The position numbers and the translations under genes were made by a program. Below, one piece after another: positions 56,339-64,000 of a stretch of DNA of 64,000 nt. Below the pieces are notes generated by a model. That model was not told the origin of the DNA. It made no database searches and worked only from the letters and a program-made list of their open reading frames with translations. This stretch comes from Haloferacalesvirus Serpecor1 (lineage: Duplodnaviria > Heunggongvirae > Uroviricota > Caudoviricetes > Thumleimavirales > Hafunaviridae). The stretch is from the IMG/VR virus record IMGVR_UViG_2974801466_000001, positions 10,197-74,196 of that record; one strand, 5' to 3'. The first letter of the stretch is position 1; each line of letters starts with the position of its first letter.

Positions 56339-56711
56339 CGGAAGTTGCTACACCGGACGCCGTAGGAGCGTTCTTCGACGGTCGATTCACAGACAGGACA
56401 GTTCTTCGGGTAGTTATCGTGGGGTTCCATTACTGAGTCACCTCAATCACACAACTCCGGCAGAAGTATTCCTTCGAGGCTTCCCCGTCGTTCAAGGTCG
56501 CCAGCCGGTATTCACCGTCTTCTTTCACCACCGGAGCGCCGTTCAACCGAAGGCCGCCACACCGCTCACAGTTCACGGCCAAGTTCCTCCCAAGAACTCG
56601 ATGAAGCGGTCTTCGTTGTGGTCGTAGTAGCCCCGAATCTCTCGGTGACAGTCGTTACACCGCCACTTCGCTCGCTTTCCCCGACCGACCAGCCAGCGGC
56701 GGTCTTTATGC

Positions 56712-56981
56712 TCACACATTAATGGTAAGCTCCTGAATCTCGCTGGTTCGGAACGGCTTGCTCGGGTCTTGTCCCTGAACCGTGGACTCGATAACGACCT
56801 CCGCGACCTTCTCGTAAGGGTAGTCCTTGGCGTACACTCCGGCTTCTTCAAGCCTCGATGCGACTTCCCGCCGAGTTTCCAGCGGGAGCTTGTTTGGTCG
56901 GAGGTAGAACATATGTCCACCTCGGGAGTCGTTCTTCGGCCCTGCTCGAACGTCGTGGGTCTTGGTATGGGTTACACTCAT
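56712..56981 (-). CDS. Hypothetical protein, 89 aa
   Basis: ORF. Confidence 0.3.
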   Translation of the reverse strand: MSVTHTKTHDVRAGPKNDSRGGHMFYLRPNKLPLETRREVASRLEEAGVYAKDYPYEKVAEVVIESTVQGQDPSKPFRTSEIQELTINV

Positions 56982-57346
56982 CGGTTCTTGGGGTGGAAGA
57001 TGTGGTTCTCAGGGTAGTCCCGGTCAGCCGACCAGCCGAAGGACTTGAGCCAAACGCTCAGACAGCTCTCACAGAGGTAGACTGTCATATAGCCCCCGGC
57101 GAGTCCTCCGGTGTAGTCGCTCAGCACGCCTTTGTCTCGACCTCCCCGGTTACACTCCGGGCAATGGTTGTCGTGGTGGTATCCCTCGAAGTGAATCCCC
57201 GAAGGCATCGACCGGAAGGGGTTGTCGTCCGAAGCGTGAGGCATCTCGAAGACCTCCGTATCCACGCCCCACGTTTCCACGAGGGCTTCGCGGCGTTCGA
57301 TTCCGATTAACTCTCTATCACCGTCGTCGTTTGTTTCAACACTCAT
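56978..57346 (-). CDS. Zinc-ribbon protein, 122 aa
   Basis: HCPECNRG...CESC Cys pairs. Confidence 0.4.
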   Translation of the reverse strand: MSVETNDDGDRELIGIERREALVETWGVDTEVFEMPHASDDNPFRSMPSGIHFEGYHHDNHCPECNRGGRDKGVLSDYTGGLAGGYMTVYLCESCLSVWLKSFGWSADRDYPENHIFHPKNR

Positions 57347-57364
57347 TATTGTATCTCCGAGTCT

Positions 57365-58033
57365 TTAGACCGAACCAACCAGAGTCAGCTCGTCGTTCAG
57401 GTATTCCTCCTGAAACTCCATCTCGTCCTCCCAATCCTTCTGACAGTCCTCGCAGTAAGCGAAGGGGAAGCTCCGGCCCTTGACCTTCACAACGTGGTCG
57501 TGGTCACAGACCTCGTTCTGATACCGCGCTTCCTCCTCGCGGAGTTCGTCGATGCGCTCCTCGACGGCCCAATGAAGGCCATTTCGGATGGAATCCTCGA
57601 TTTCAGCCTCGTTGACGCCGTTCTCGTAAGCCTCTCGAATCTCCTTCGGGGTTGCCTCGACGGTGAACTCGACAGTCACCGTTCCCCACTTCTCCCCGGT
57701 GTATTCTTCACACCGGAGCTTCGAGCCGCCCCGAGAGCCGTGCTTCATCTCCCACTTCCCTCGGGAGTAGGGAACCACCTGCCAGTTCGGGGAGCAGGAA
57801 TACTTCGCCATCCCCTCGATGTGTCCCTTATGGTCGTAGGTCTTGAGGGTGACGTGGGGAAGCTTCACCCGGAGATGCTTCATATCCCTCGGGTACAGCT
57901 CGAACCAGCGACCCATCCAGCGGGCCTTCCGAACCCGCTTCCACGCTTCTTCGTCGTTAGCGTGGAATCGGTAGTGGTAGTCTCTGCCGTCCGGGTTTCC
58001 CATCCAGTCCTCGGGATAGTCTCTCCACGTCAT
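57365..58033 (-). CDS. Hypothetical protein with C-terminal Cys/His cluster, 222 aa
   Basis: CDHDH...CEDCQ Cys/His cluster. Confidence 0.45.
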   Translation of the reverse strand: MTWRDYPEDWMGNPDGRDYHYRFHANDEEAWKRVRKARWMGRWFELYPRDMKHLRVKLPHVTLKTYDHKGHIEGMAKYSCSPNWQVVPYSRGKWEMKHGSRGGSKLRCEEYTGEKWGTVTVEFTVEATPKEIREAYENGVNEAEIEDSIRNGLHWAVEERIDELREEEARYQNEVCDHDHVVKVKGRSFPFAYCEDCQKDWEDEMEFQEEYLNDELTLVGSV

Positions 58034-58148
58034 TCGTCGTCCTCCGGTAAGAGGTCGCCGTACTTCGTCTTGCTACGCTTGCTCTTTCGCTCGGCTTTCT
58101 CGATGTTGTCCTTCTCGTCGTCGGTGAGGGTATCTTCCAGAGTTGTCA

Positions 58149-58397
58149 TTAGTGTTCGACCTCCTCGATGGGGAGAATCAGCGGCTCGTTCTCGGTGTCA
58201 ATCGGGTCTTCCGACCAGAAGAACACACCAAACGTCTCCGAATCGTATTGGTGAACGTCGTATGCTTCGGTGTAGTTCTCCTCATCATCGAACGACTCAT
58301 CGAAGGTCGTGACTGCCTCAACATCCGACTCGGCAGTAACGATGATTTCGTAGCGGTACTCTCTCATCCCTTGGTCGCTGAGTCCTATTACTGACAT
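58149..58397 (-). CDS. Hypothetical acidic protein, 82 aa
   Basis: ORF flanked by unlisted about 36-47-aa acidic mini-ORFs at 58036..58152, 58400..58510, 58786..58929 and 59117..59260. Confidence 0.35.
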   Translation of the reverse strand: MSVIGLSDQGMREYRYEIIVTAESDVEAVTTFDESFDDEENYTEAYDVHQYDSETFGVFFWSEDPIDTENEPLILPIEEVEH

Positions 58398-58507
58398 TTC
58401 TCACTCCACGATGTAGTGGCCGTTCGGCGTTTCGTAGACCGTTCCGGGCTTCACGTAGTCGTCGTCTTCTGTCATTACCTCGTCAATCGCCATTTCGAGA
58501 ATGTTCA

Positions 58508-58786
58508 TTAGTATCCTGCCTCGTAGACCGCTTCAGCTTGCTCGAACTCCGATTCATCGGCGTCTGTGAATACCTCGATTTCCACTACGGAGCGAGGGTA
58601 TCCCTCGGTATCCACGATGAAGTTCTCGTAGACAATCCACCGCTCACCGAGTCCGAGGTCTTCTTCCAGCAACTCGGTCGCCGCGAAAATCGCATCGAGT
58701 TCGTTCTCCTCATCCACCGCATACTCTGCGGCGAAAACATCCAATCCAGCCTTCAACTCCTCGATGATGTGTTCTTCCAAGCTCAT
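58508..58786 (-). CDS. Hypothetical acidic protein, 92 aa
   Basis: ORF. Confidence 0.35.
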   Translation of the reverse strand: MSLEEHIIEELKAGLDVFAAEYAVDEENELDAIFAATELLEEDLGLGERWIVYENFIVDTEGYPRSVVEIEVFTDADESEFEQAEAVYEAGY

Positions 58787-58922
58787 CCCTTGATGATTTG
58801 GAGTCCACGGTTCGCTTCGAGGACGTGTTCCGCCGCTTCCTTCGAGGGGAACGACTCGATAATCTCGAATATCGCTTCCCCGTTGTCTATCACCGGCTCT
58901 GTCGGGTCGATTAGGTGGTATC

Positions 58923-59117
58923 TCATACTGTTAGGGCCTCAGGCTTCACTTCGTGGCTCGGCTCTCCCGTAGGAGCCATCGAGAGGGTCGGGCCTTCCGG
59001 TTCCTCGTTCACCACCATTACGGCTCCCGCCGCTGGTGGTTCGTCGTCGTCGCTTCCGTCCCTCGGTCGAATCTTCAGGAGAGGATTCGCGTTGCTTTCG
59101 TCGTCGTCGCCGCTCAT
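58923..59117 (-). CDS. Hypothetical small protein, 64 aa
   Basis: ORF. Confidence 0.3.
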   Translation of the reverse strand: MSGDDDESNANPLLKIRPRDGSDDDEPPAAGAVMVVNEEPEGPTLSMAPTGEPSHEVKPEALTV

Positions 59118-59260
59118 AGGTGAGCGACTTTCTCCATCGGGTCGTTGAAACCGTCCAGCTCGTCCATATCGAAGCCGGGAACGTCCCGGTCGTCGTAGCT
59201 TGCTTCGTCGTTCATCTCCGGGTCGTGGAAGTCAGGGTAGTAGTTGTCGTACATCGTTCT

Positions 59261-59617
59261 CTAAAGGGCGTTCAGGGCGTCTTCCAGCTCTCGGTCGAAC
59301 AGCGCCACCAGTTGCTCGATGGACTGTTCCTCTCGCTCGATTGCGTTGAAGGGCCTCCCGTCAACATCGTAGATGATGTAATCAGCCTCGGTCGGCTCAA
59401 TCGCAATCGAACCCCACTCGATTTGCTCGTCGTAGAACTTCGCTACGGAAGCTCGGCGGAGTCGGTACAGGTAGTCTCCGACCTTCAGTTCGAGGTCGGC
59501 TTCGCTTAGGTCGATACGTCGGTCGTCGGTTGGTGATTCTGCTACTGCCATCGGTGTCACTCGGTAGTATGGGCTACCGAAGGCTCTGCTACGGAGTCGA
59601 ACCGTAGTTACCGCCAC
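59261..59617 (-). CDS. Hypothetical acidic protein, 118 aa (start may be MAVAESPTDD at about 59551)
   Basis: ORF. Upstream leader carries the tRNA-like minihelix. Confidence 0.35.
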   Translation of the reverse strand: MAVTTVRLRSRAFGSPYYRVTPMAVAESPTDDRRIDLSEADLELKVGDYLYRLRRASVAKFYDEQIEWGSIAIEPTEADYIIYDVDGRPFNAIEREEQSIEQLVALFDRELEDALNAL

Positions 59618-59655
59618 TCAGAGCAAAGGGTTAAAGTTGCTTACTTGAGTCTTTA
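59563..59655 (-). promoter_or_regulatory. Paralogous leader A: AAAGACTCA, 11 nt, TTTAAC promoter, then tRNA-like minihelix (gctctg-[ctacgg-TTCGACT-ccgtag]-cagagc), then second hairpin, then GTGACACCgATG
   Basis: Minus-strand reading. Minihelix at 59583..59624, second hairpin at 59563..59578. Confidence 0.4.
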
Positions 59656-60072
59656 GGCCGGAGATAGTGCGACTTTCCTCCCGTTCCTCACGTCGGCATC
59701 GAGGTGAACGTGGTTGTGCTGAGTCTCGTTCTTCGTCCCGTCGTCTCGAAGCTCCACGTAGTCAGCGTCGGTTACTGTCCCGGTGTCGTATTCCATCGTG
59801 AAGGCTTCCCTCTCTCGAATCCACGAGAGACAGTCTCCGGTGTCCCACAGGTAGAACAGTCCAGCCTCAATCCGGTCGTCGGGGGCCTCGGAGTCTTCGC
59901 TTAGGTGAAGGACTGTCTCACCATACCCGTCGATGAGTTTGACCTCCCATTCTCCGTAAGCGTTCTTCCAGCTTTTGTACGTCTCGTAGCTCGGTATGTC
60001 GTGGTAGTCCATTATCAGAACCTCAGGTGTCCTTTGCGTCGGTCGGCTCTCTCGGCTCGTTCGAGGTCGCAA
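59653..60072 (-). CDS. Hypothetical protein, 139 aa
   Basis: ORF. Confidence 0.4.
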   Translation of the reverse strand: MRPRTSRESRPTQRTPEVLIMDYHDIPSYETYKSWKNAYGEWEVKLIDGYGETVLHLSEDSEAPDDRIEAGLFYLWDTGDCLSWIREREAFTMEYDTGTVTDADYVELRDDGTKNETQHNHVHLDADVRNGRKVALSPA

Positions 60073-60333
60073 TAGAAGCAGTTACAATCCGGGTTGAAGG
60101 AGTGTGGTCGCTTCATAGGCAATCGCTGTAACCACAGGCTTTACAGCCGAAGGCTGTCAGCGAAGCACCTCCGATGTGTGTTGGCTCATCCTCCCAATAC
60201 GATTCCTCTCCGGCTTCACAGTCGTCGTTGAAGTGGCACATTTGAGTTTAGTGGTTACTCACATCGAGTCGGTGTTACCTCCGAGAAGTTCCTCACTCTC
60301 AAAGACAACGTTTGAGTATTAAGTCTTTGCTGT

Positions 60334-60690
60334 TTACATCCAAGCTCCGGTGTAAGCCGCTCCCGACTTACTCCGAACCTTTCGCTCTCGCTTCTCTCGG
60401 CGGCTCTCTTGCTCTTTGAGCGTCTTGAGCTTCTTCCCGGTTCCCCAGTAAGTCGAAACGATATACTCGGTCTTCGGGTCAATCACTACCGTCATTACAG
60501 CTCCGCTCCATCTCGTTTCCAGCAGGACGTTTCCGCTATGTCCCTGAAAGGCGTCACCTTCCTCGATAGCTTGGTCTATCGCTTCCATCGGTATCCGTCG
60601 CTCTCGTCGCCGGTTCCCACCGTGGGAACGGGGATTGTAGTCGTAGCTCGATGCGTCTCGGCTGAATTGAATCTCGCTCATAGTTGTCAC
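60334..60690 (-). CDS. Hypothetical basic protein, 118 aa
   Basis: ORF. Confidence 0.35.
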   Translation of the reverse strand: MTTMSEIQFSRDASSYDYNPRSHGGNRRRERRIPMEAIDQAIEEGDAFQGHSGNVLLETRWSGAVMTVVIDPKTEYIVSTYWGTGKKLKTLKEQESRREKRERKVRSKSGAAYTGAWM

Positions 60691-61025
60691 TCGCTGTCGT
60701 GGTATTCGGAGTAGCGCCGCCGGTACTTCGCGGCCTTCTTCTTGGCCTCGATTTCCTCGTCAGTTAGGCCGGAGCCTTCGTATTCCTCAGGCTCCGACGT
60801 TTTCTCGTGATGGGGATGAATCTCACTTGGGTCGGGAGTCCATCCCATATACTCGGCCAGCTCCTCTCCTGTAAGGAGTTCTCCCTCGCGTCGTTCCTCA
60901 ACTACCGCTCCGAAGGCTCGATGCCTCTGGTCGATTTTGAGGTCGGCTCGGTGGCTCCATTGGTTTTGCTTCTCGCTGTCGGACTGGGTTACAGTCCCGA
61001 GTTTTGGCGAAAACATTGGTGTCAC
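60687..61025 (-). CDS. Hypothetical protein, 112 aa
   Basis: ORF. Confidence 0.4.
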   Translation of the reverse strand: MTPMFSPKLGTVTQSDSEKQNQWSHRADLKIDQRHRAFGAVVEERREGELLTGEELAEYMGWTPDPSEIHPHHEKTSEPEEYEGSGLTDEEIEAKKKAAKYRRRYSEYHDSE

Positions 61026-61028
61026 TTG

Positions 61029-61112
61029 CCAGTAGCTTACGCTACTGAGGCCCTTCCGGGGAGTCGAACCCCGGAGCCGCCGCTAAGGGTTAAAGTTGCT
61101 TAGATGAGTCTT
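61029..61112 (-). promoter_or_regulatory. Paralogous leader B: AAAGACTCA, 11 nt, TTTAAC promoter, then T-arm-like hairpin ccgggg-TTCGACT-ccccgg, then hairpin cagtagc-gtaa-gctactg, then GTGACACCaATG
   Basis: Same architecture and about 60% identity with leader A. Confidence 0.4.
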
Positions 61113-61119
61113 TGCGTCG

Positions 61120-62109
61120 TTACTCGGAGTTTTCGAGCAACTGCTGAAGGAGTGCGTCCTTCTCGCGCTGGCTCATCTCACTCACGTCGGGAACCTCCGG
61201 CTCGGGAAGCTCGACGTGTTCCTCGTAGTCTTCCCAGTTGAGACTAATCTGGTTCTCCACGATGTGAACCAGAAGTGCCTCACCGTACTTGTTCCCGATA
61301 CCCTTCACTTCCGTAGGGTCGAAAAGGTCGTCGGGAAGACCGAGGCCGGTGTCACTCTCGCCGTCGCTACCGCTACCGTCGCTGTTGTTCGTATCGCTCG
61401 TTTCCACCGTCTCATCGACTTCGATTTCTCCGAAGTAGTCACTCAGTAGCGTCTCAAGGCGGGCCTTTGCTTCCTCGTAAGTCGGGACACTCCCGACCTC
61501 GAAGCCTTCCGTAGCCTCTTGGCGGCCTTCACTTGCCACTACCGGGACAATCGGCTCCCCGTCGCTGTTGATGGGAACCATCACGGTGTCACTTGCCTCG
61601 ATGATTTCCTGCGAGAGCAGTAGCTCACGCTGGAAGTCGTCGGCTTCCGCGAGAGGCATCACACCAAATCCGCCGTTCTCCTCCTTTAAGGAGTCGTACT
61701 TACCAGTAAACTGGTTGTATTCGCTGGCGGTGAAGTCGGTAGCCTTCCAGAAGGCCCGACCAATAGAGCCGTCGCTATCGTTAGCGTCAGTCGGCTCGAT
61801 GATGTTGACCTCTCTCGGAGCTTCACACCACTTAGCGATGTCACTCTCTCCGCCCTTCTTCACAGAATCCTCTCCGAACGCCTTGCGAACTTCGTGGGCA
61901 AGGCTCATCACGGAGTGGTCGTCCTTCTGAAGAAGGTCGTAAAGGTCGCTAACGTGGTTAGCGCCGAGGGTAGTCACCGTGTTCTCAACGAAATCGCCGT
62001 CGCTGTTGACTTTCACAGACATAGTTCGTTGGGTGTCACTTAGTGCTACTTTCCGAGGGGGAAGCACCAAACCCCCCATTCCGACAGATAGGAGGGAGAT
62101 AATTCTCAC
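61120..62109 (-). CDS. Acidic protein with helix-hairpin-helix (GIG) DNA-binding motif, 329 aa (likely start MSVKVNSDGD near 62022); first gene of the long leftward early array
   Basis: HhH motif PTEVKGIGNKYGEALLVHI. Confidence 0.45.
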   Translation of the reverse strand: MRIISLLSVGMGGLVLPPRKVALSDTQRTMSVKVNSDGDFVENTVTTLGANHVSDLYDLLQKDDHSVMSLAHEVRKAFGEDSVKKGGESDIAKWCEAPREVNIIEPTDANDSDGSIGRAFWKATDFTASEYNQFTGKYDSLKEENGGFGVMPLAEADDFQRELLLSQEIIEASDTVMVPINSDGEPIVPVVASEGRQEATEGFEVGSVPTYEEAKARLETLLSDYFGEIEVDETVETSDTNNSDGSGSDGESDTGLGLPDDLFDPTEVKGIGNKYGEALLVHIVENQISLNWEDYEEHVELPEPEVPDVSEMSQREKDALLQQLLENSE

Positions 62110-62629
62110 TCACTACTGTCGTGGTTTACTTAGCGAGGGTCTTAGACCCTCAAAGCATCAATCCTCGTTAATTCGAGGTAGCTTACGCTGGAACCTTTCT
62201 GTCTATCCTTCCCCGCCCCTTACGGGACGGGCCGAACATACTAACGAGCGTTTTAAACGTGACACACATCCCTTTAGGCCGACTGCTATACGCGCCGCTA
62301 TGTGACTGATTCACTATGCGGAACTTCAAGTCTCAAAGAGTCTTTCGCGTTAATCGCTATGAGCTAAGCTCTTGACTACTACGTTCGTCTCCCTACGAAC
62401 CTGTTTATGGCATAGACTTTCGTACCATAGGCTAAGCACCTATTGTTTTAACCGCAACCGCAACCGAAAGTGGGTGGGATTCACGTTTCCATAGATGTAT
62501 CTAATACATCCGGTTCGACAGCTTCGAGACATTAATGCTCGATGCGTCTATTTTCGTCACTCTTTGCCCTAAGGGTCGCTCTTTGTTCGGGCCATACTCC
62601 CCCTGTAACCTGAAAATACACACCGTGGG

Positions 62630-63520
62630 GCCGCCCCACGGTTTCGGGCCAACATACCGGGAAACCGCCCCCACTTTCGCGGGGTTTCCCGTTCGGGCCG
62701 TACTTCAAACGTAACACCGGGAAACACGTATCGGGGCCGGGCAGGGTTTTCACTTAGGGTCACAAACCCTAATGTGCCTAACTACCCGGTGTGTTTCCTT
62801 TGTCGTATCAGGGGCGGGGCCGGGTTTCACGGTTACAAACCGTTTCGCCCGACCGCCCCCTCTTTCCCGCCCCGGCCCCTAAGGGCCGGTAAATCTCCCC
62901 CGTACTAAGACGGGCCTATGTGGTCTTTGGGCCGTTTCGGGACGTTTCCCGGTTATCTCCCCGACCGTGGGGAATTGTCGGTTAATCCGACGTTTCCGTA
63001 CTAACGAACCTACTAAGAATCCCGGCCCCGGTATCCACACCGGGGTTTCCGGCCCCTAAGGGCCGTTTCGCCGTGAAAGACGGGCCGTTTCCGGCCCCGT
63101 CTCCTACATTCCGTAAGGGTCAATTCGGCGTTTGTTCCGTCTCTCGGGGCGGCCCGTAACAGGGGCCGAAACCCGAGAGAACTACCAAACACGTACTTAC
63201 CCGCCCCCGACCGTTCGGGGGGAGATTAGCGGTAATTCCGTTTGAAGGTGGTATCGTACTACGGAAACAGCCAACGGGGGACGCATATGACAACGCCCCC
63301 GGAAAGTGGGAATTAAACCACTTTTCCGGTGTTTCCGGGCCTTTTACGCCGGGGAGTGTATCCCCCGGCCCGTTTCAGGGGGCCGACCGCCCCGGTTAAC
63401 ATCAAACCGGGGCGGGCCGCCTTTCGCCGGGCGACATTCAACCAGAATACCCGGTTTCATATAAACCCGTCGATTCGAGATAGTATATAAAGACGGGAAA
63501 CCCCGGAAACGCCGAACGTG
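62630..63520. repeat. Non-coding array of at least 10 short GTTTCC(C/G)GG / CCGGGAAAC-type repeats with G- and C-strings (ORB/iteron-like), plus two copies of GGCCCCTAAGGGCCG
   Basis: Examples: ACCGGGAAACcgCCCCC, GGGGTTTCCCG, CCGGGAAACacgtatcGGGG, cGTTTCCCGGtt, GGGGTTTCCGGCCCC, GCCGTTTCCGGCCCC, GTGTTTCCGGGCC. No credible ORF. Confidence 0.5.
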
Positions 63521-63620
63521 AAGGGTACAAGCCTCGATGCGGTAAAACACGGTAAACGGAAAAGAGGCAGATATACCGGAATATGGGTAAGGGTAGGGGG
63601 GCGGGGAGACGGGCCGGGAC

Positions 63621-63663
63621 TGGGAGAGACGGGGAGAGACGGACGGACGGGGAGAGACGGACG
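63621..63663. repeat. Tandem GGGAGAGACGG(-ACGG) microsatellite
   Basis: tgggagagacggggagagacggacggacggggagagacggacg. Confidence 0.6.
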
Positions 63664-63790
63664 CATAACGGCCCGTACTTACCGAAACCGGCGTTTTCAG
63701 GGGCCATAGGATACCGGATAACGGCCCGTATGGACGGGCAGGGGGAGACGGCCCGCGCGGGACGAGAGACGGGACGGGCCGGTATCTGGA

Positions 63791-63866
63791 CGGGACGGGA
63801 CGGGACGGGACGGGACACACCGGGGCCGACCGGGGCCGGGGCCGGGACGGGGGCCGACCGGGACAC
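63791..63866. repeat. Tandem (CGGGA)5 followed by (CCGGGG/CCGAC) GC-rich repeats
   Basis: cgggacgggacgggacgggacgggac...ccggggccgaccggggccggggccgggacgggggccgaccgggac. Confidence 0.6.
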
Positions 63867-64000
63867 ACCGAACGGGGACGCGGGCCGCCCGCGCGTAGGG
63901 CGAGCAACAACGCCAATATCCGAGGGTACAAGCCCGAGCGAGGGGGCCGACCGAGGGGCCGGTTAGAACATTGAGTGTCTTTCCGCACGCAGGCTTTAGT

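Noticed and set aside
62560-63600. Possible CRISPR array suggested by the many short repeats
   Set aside because: Repeat units are only 9-15 nt, irregularly spaced, present in both orientations and not separated by uniform spacers. There is no leader or cas neighbourhood.
63344-63988. Minus-strand ORFs of 214 aa and 142 aa (Pro/Arg/Ser-rich) and plus-strand 127-aa Gly/Arg-rich ORF in the terminal region
   Set aside because: The translations are low-complexity products of GC-rich tandem repeats on both strands. There are no start-context or coupling signals, so the region is better explained as non-coding.
1-64000. rRNA genes
   Set aside because: No extended conserved rRNA-like sequence or characteristic GC-balanced structured region; all long non-coding stretches are repeat-dominated or promoter leaders.

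Overview
High-GC window (about 60% GC) with strongly acidic proteins, which looks like most of the genome of a temperate haloarchaeal tailed virus. Because the integrase and its tRNA-derived att fragment sit in the middle of the virus genes, this is probably the free virus form carrying attP rather than an integrated provirus. Layout, left to right:
- (i) 1-18.4 kb, plus strand: virion and contractile-tail morphogenesis module. Candidates are sheath, tube, chaperone with overlapping shifted ORF, tape-measure protein, gpV-like spike, gpW/gpJ/gpI-like baseplate proteins, fibres and a Gly/Asn-rich distal protein.
- (ii) 19.7-24 kb: class II ribonucleotide reductase, then a 3' tRNA fragment and a tyrosine integrase (putative attP).
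- (iii) 24-42.5 kb, minus strand: wHTH regulator, HNH nuclease, RtcB RNA ligase, membrane protein/lipoprotein pair, dCTP deaminase, ThyX, family-B DNA polymerase, Cas4-like nuclease, HTH-Mre11-like phosphoesterase, archaeo-eukaryotic primase, a P-loop/wH protein, and many tiny zinc-ribbon ORFs.
- (iv) 42.6-45.1 kb: RNA island with a bona fide tRNA-Asn(GTT), two tRNA-like elements, an SPFH/band-7 protein and a small membrane peptide.
- (v) 45.1-62.1 kb: LAGLIDADG-like nuclease, PD-(D/E)XK nuclease, XPD-like FeS helicase, and a long leftward array of small acidic early-type ORFs.
- (vi) 62.1-64 kb: about 1.9 kb non-coding region packed with GTTTCC(C/G)GG-type short repeats (ORB/iteron-like) and GC-rich microsatellites.

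Two regulatory patterns recur. One is a roughly 55-nt conserved promoter cassette (AAAGACTCA, about 10 nt, TTTAAG, then a conserved initial transcribed region) present 7 times. The other is T-arm-like GGTTCGA(Y)TCC hairpins and tRNA minihelices in operon leaders. All calls are from reading the sequence by eye; no searches were run.
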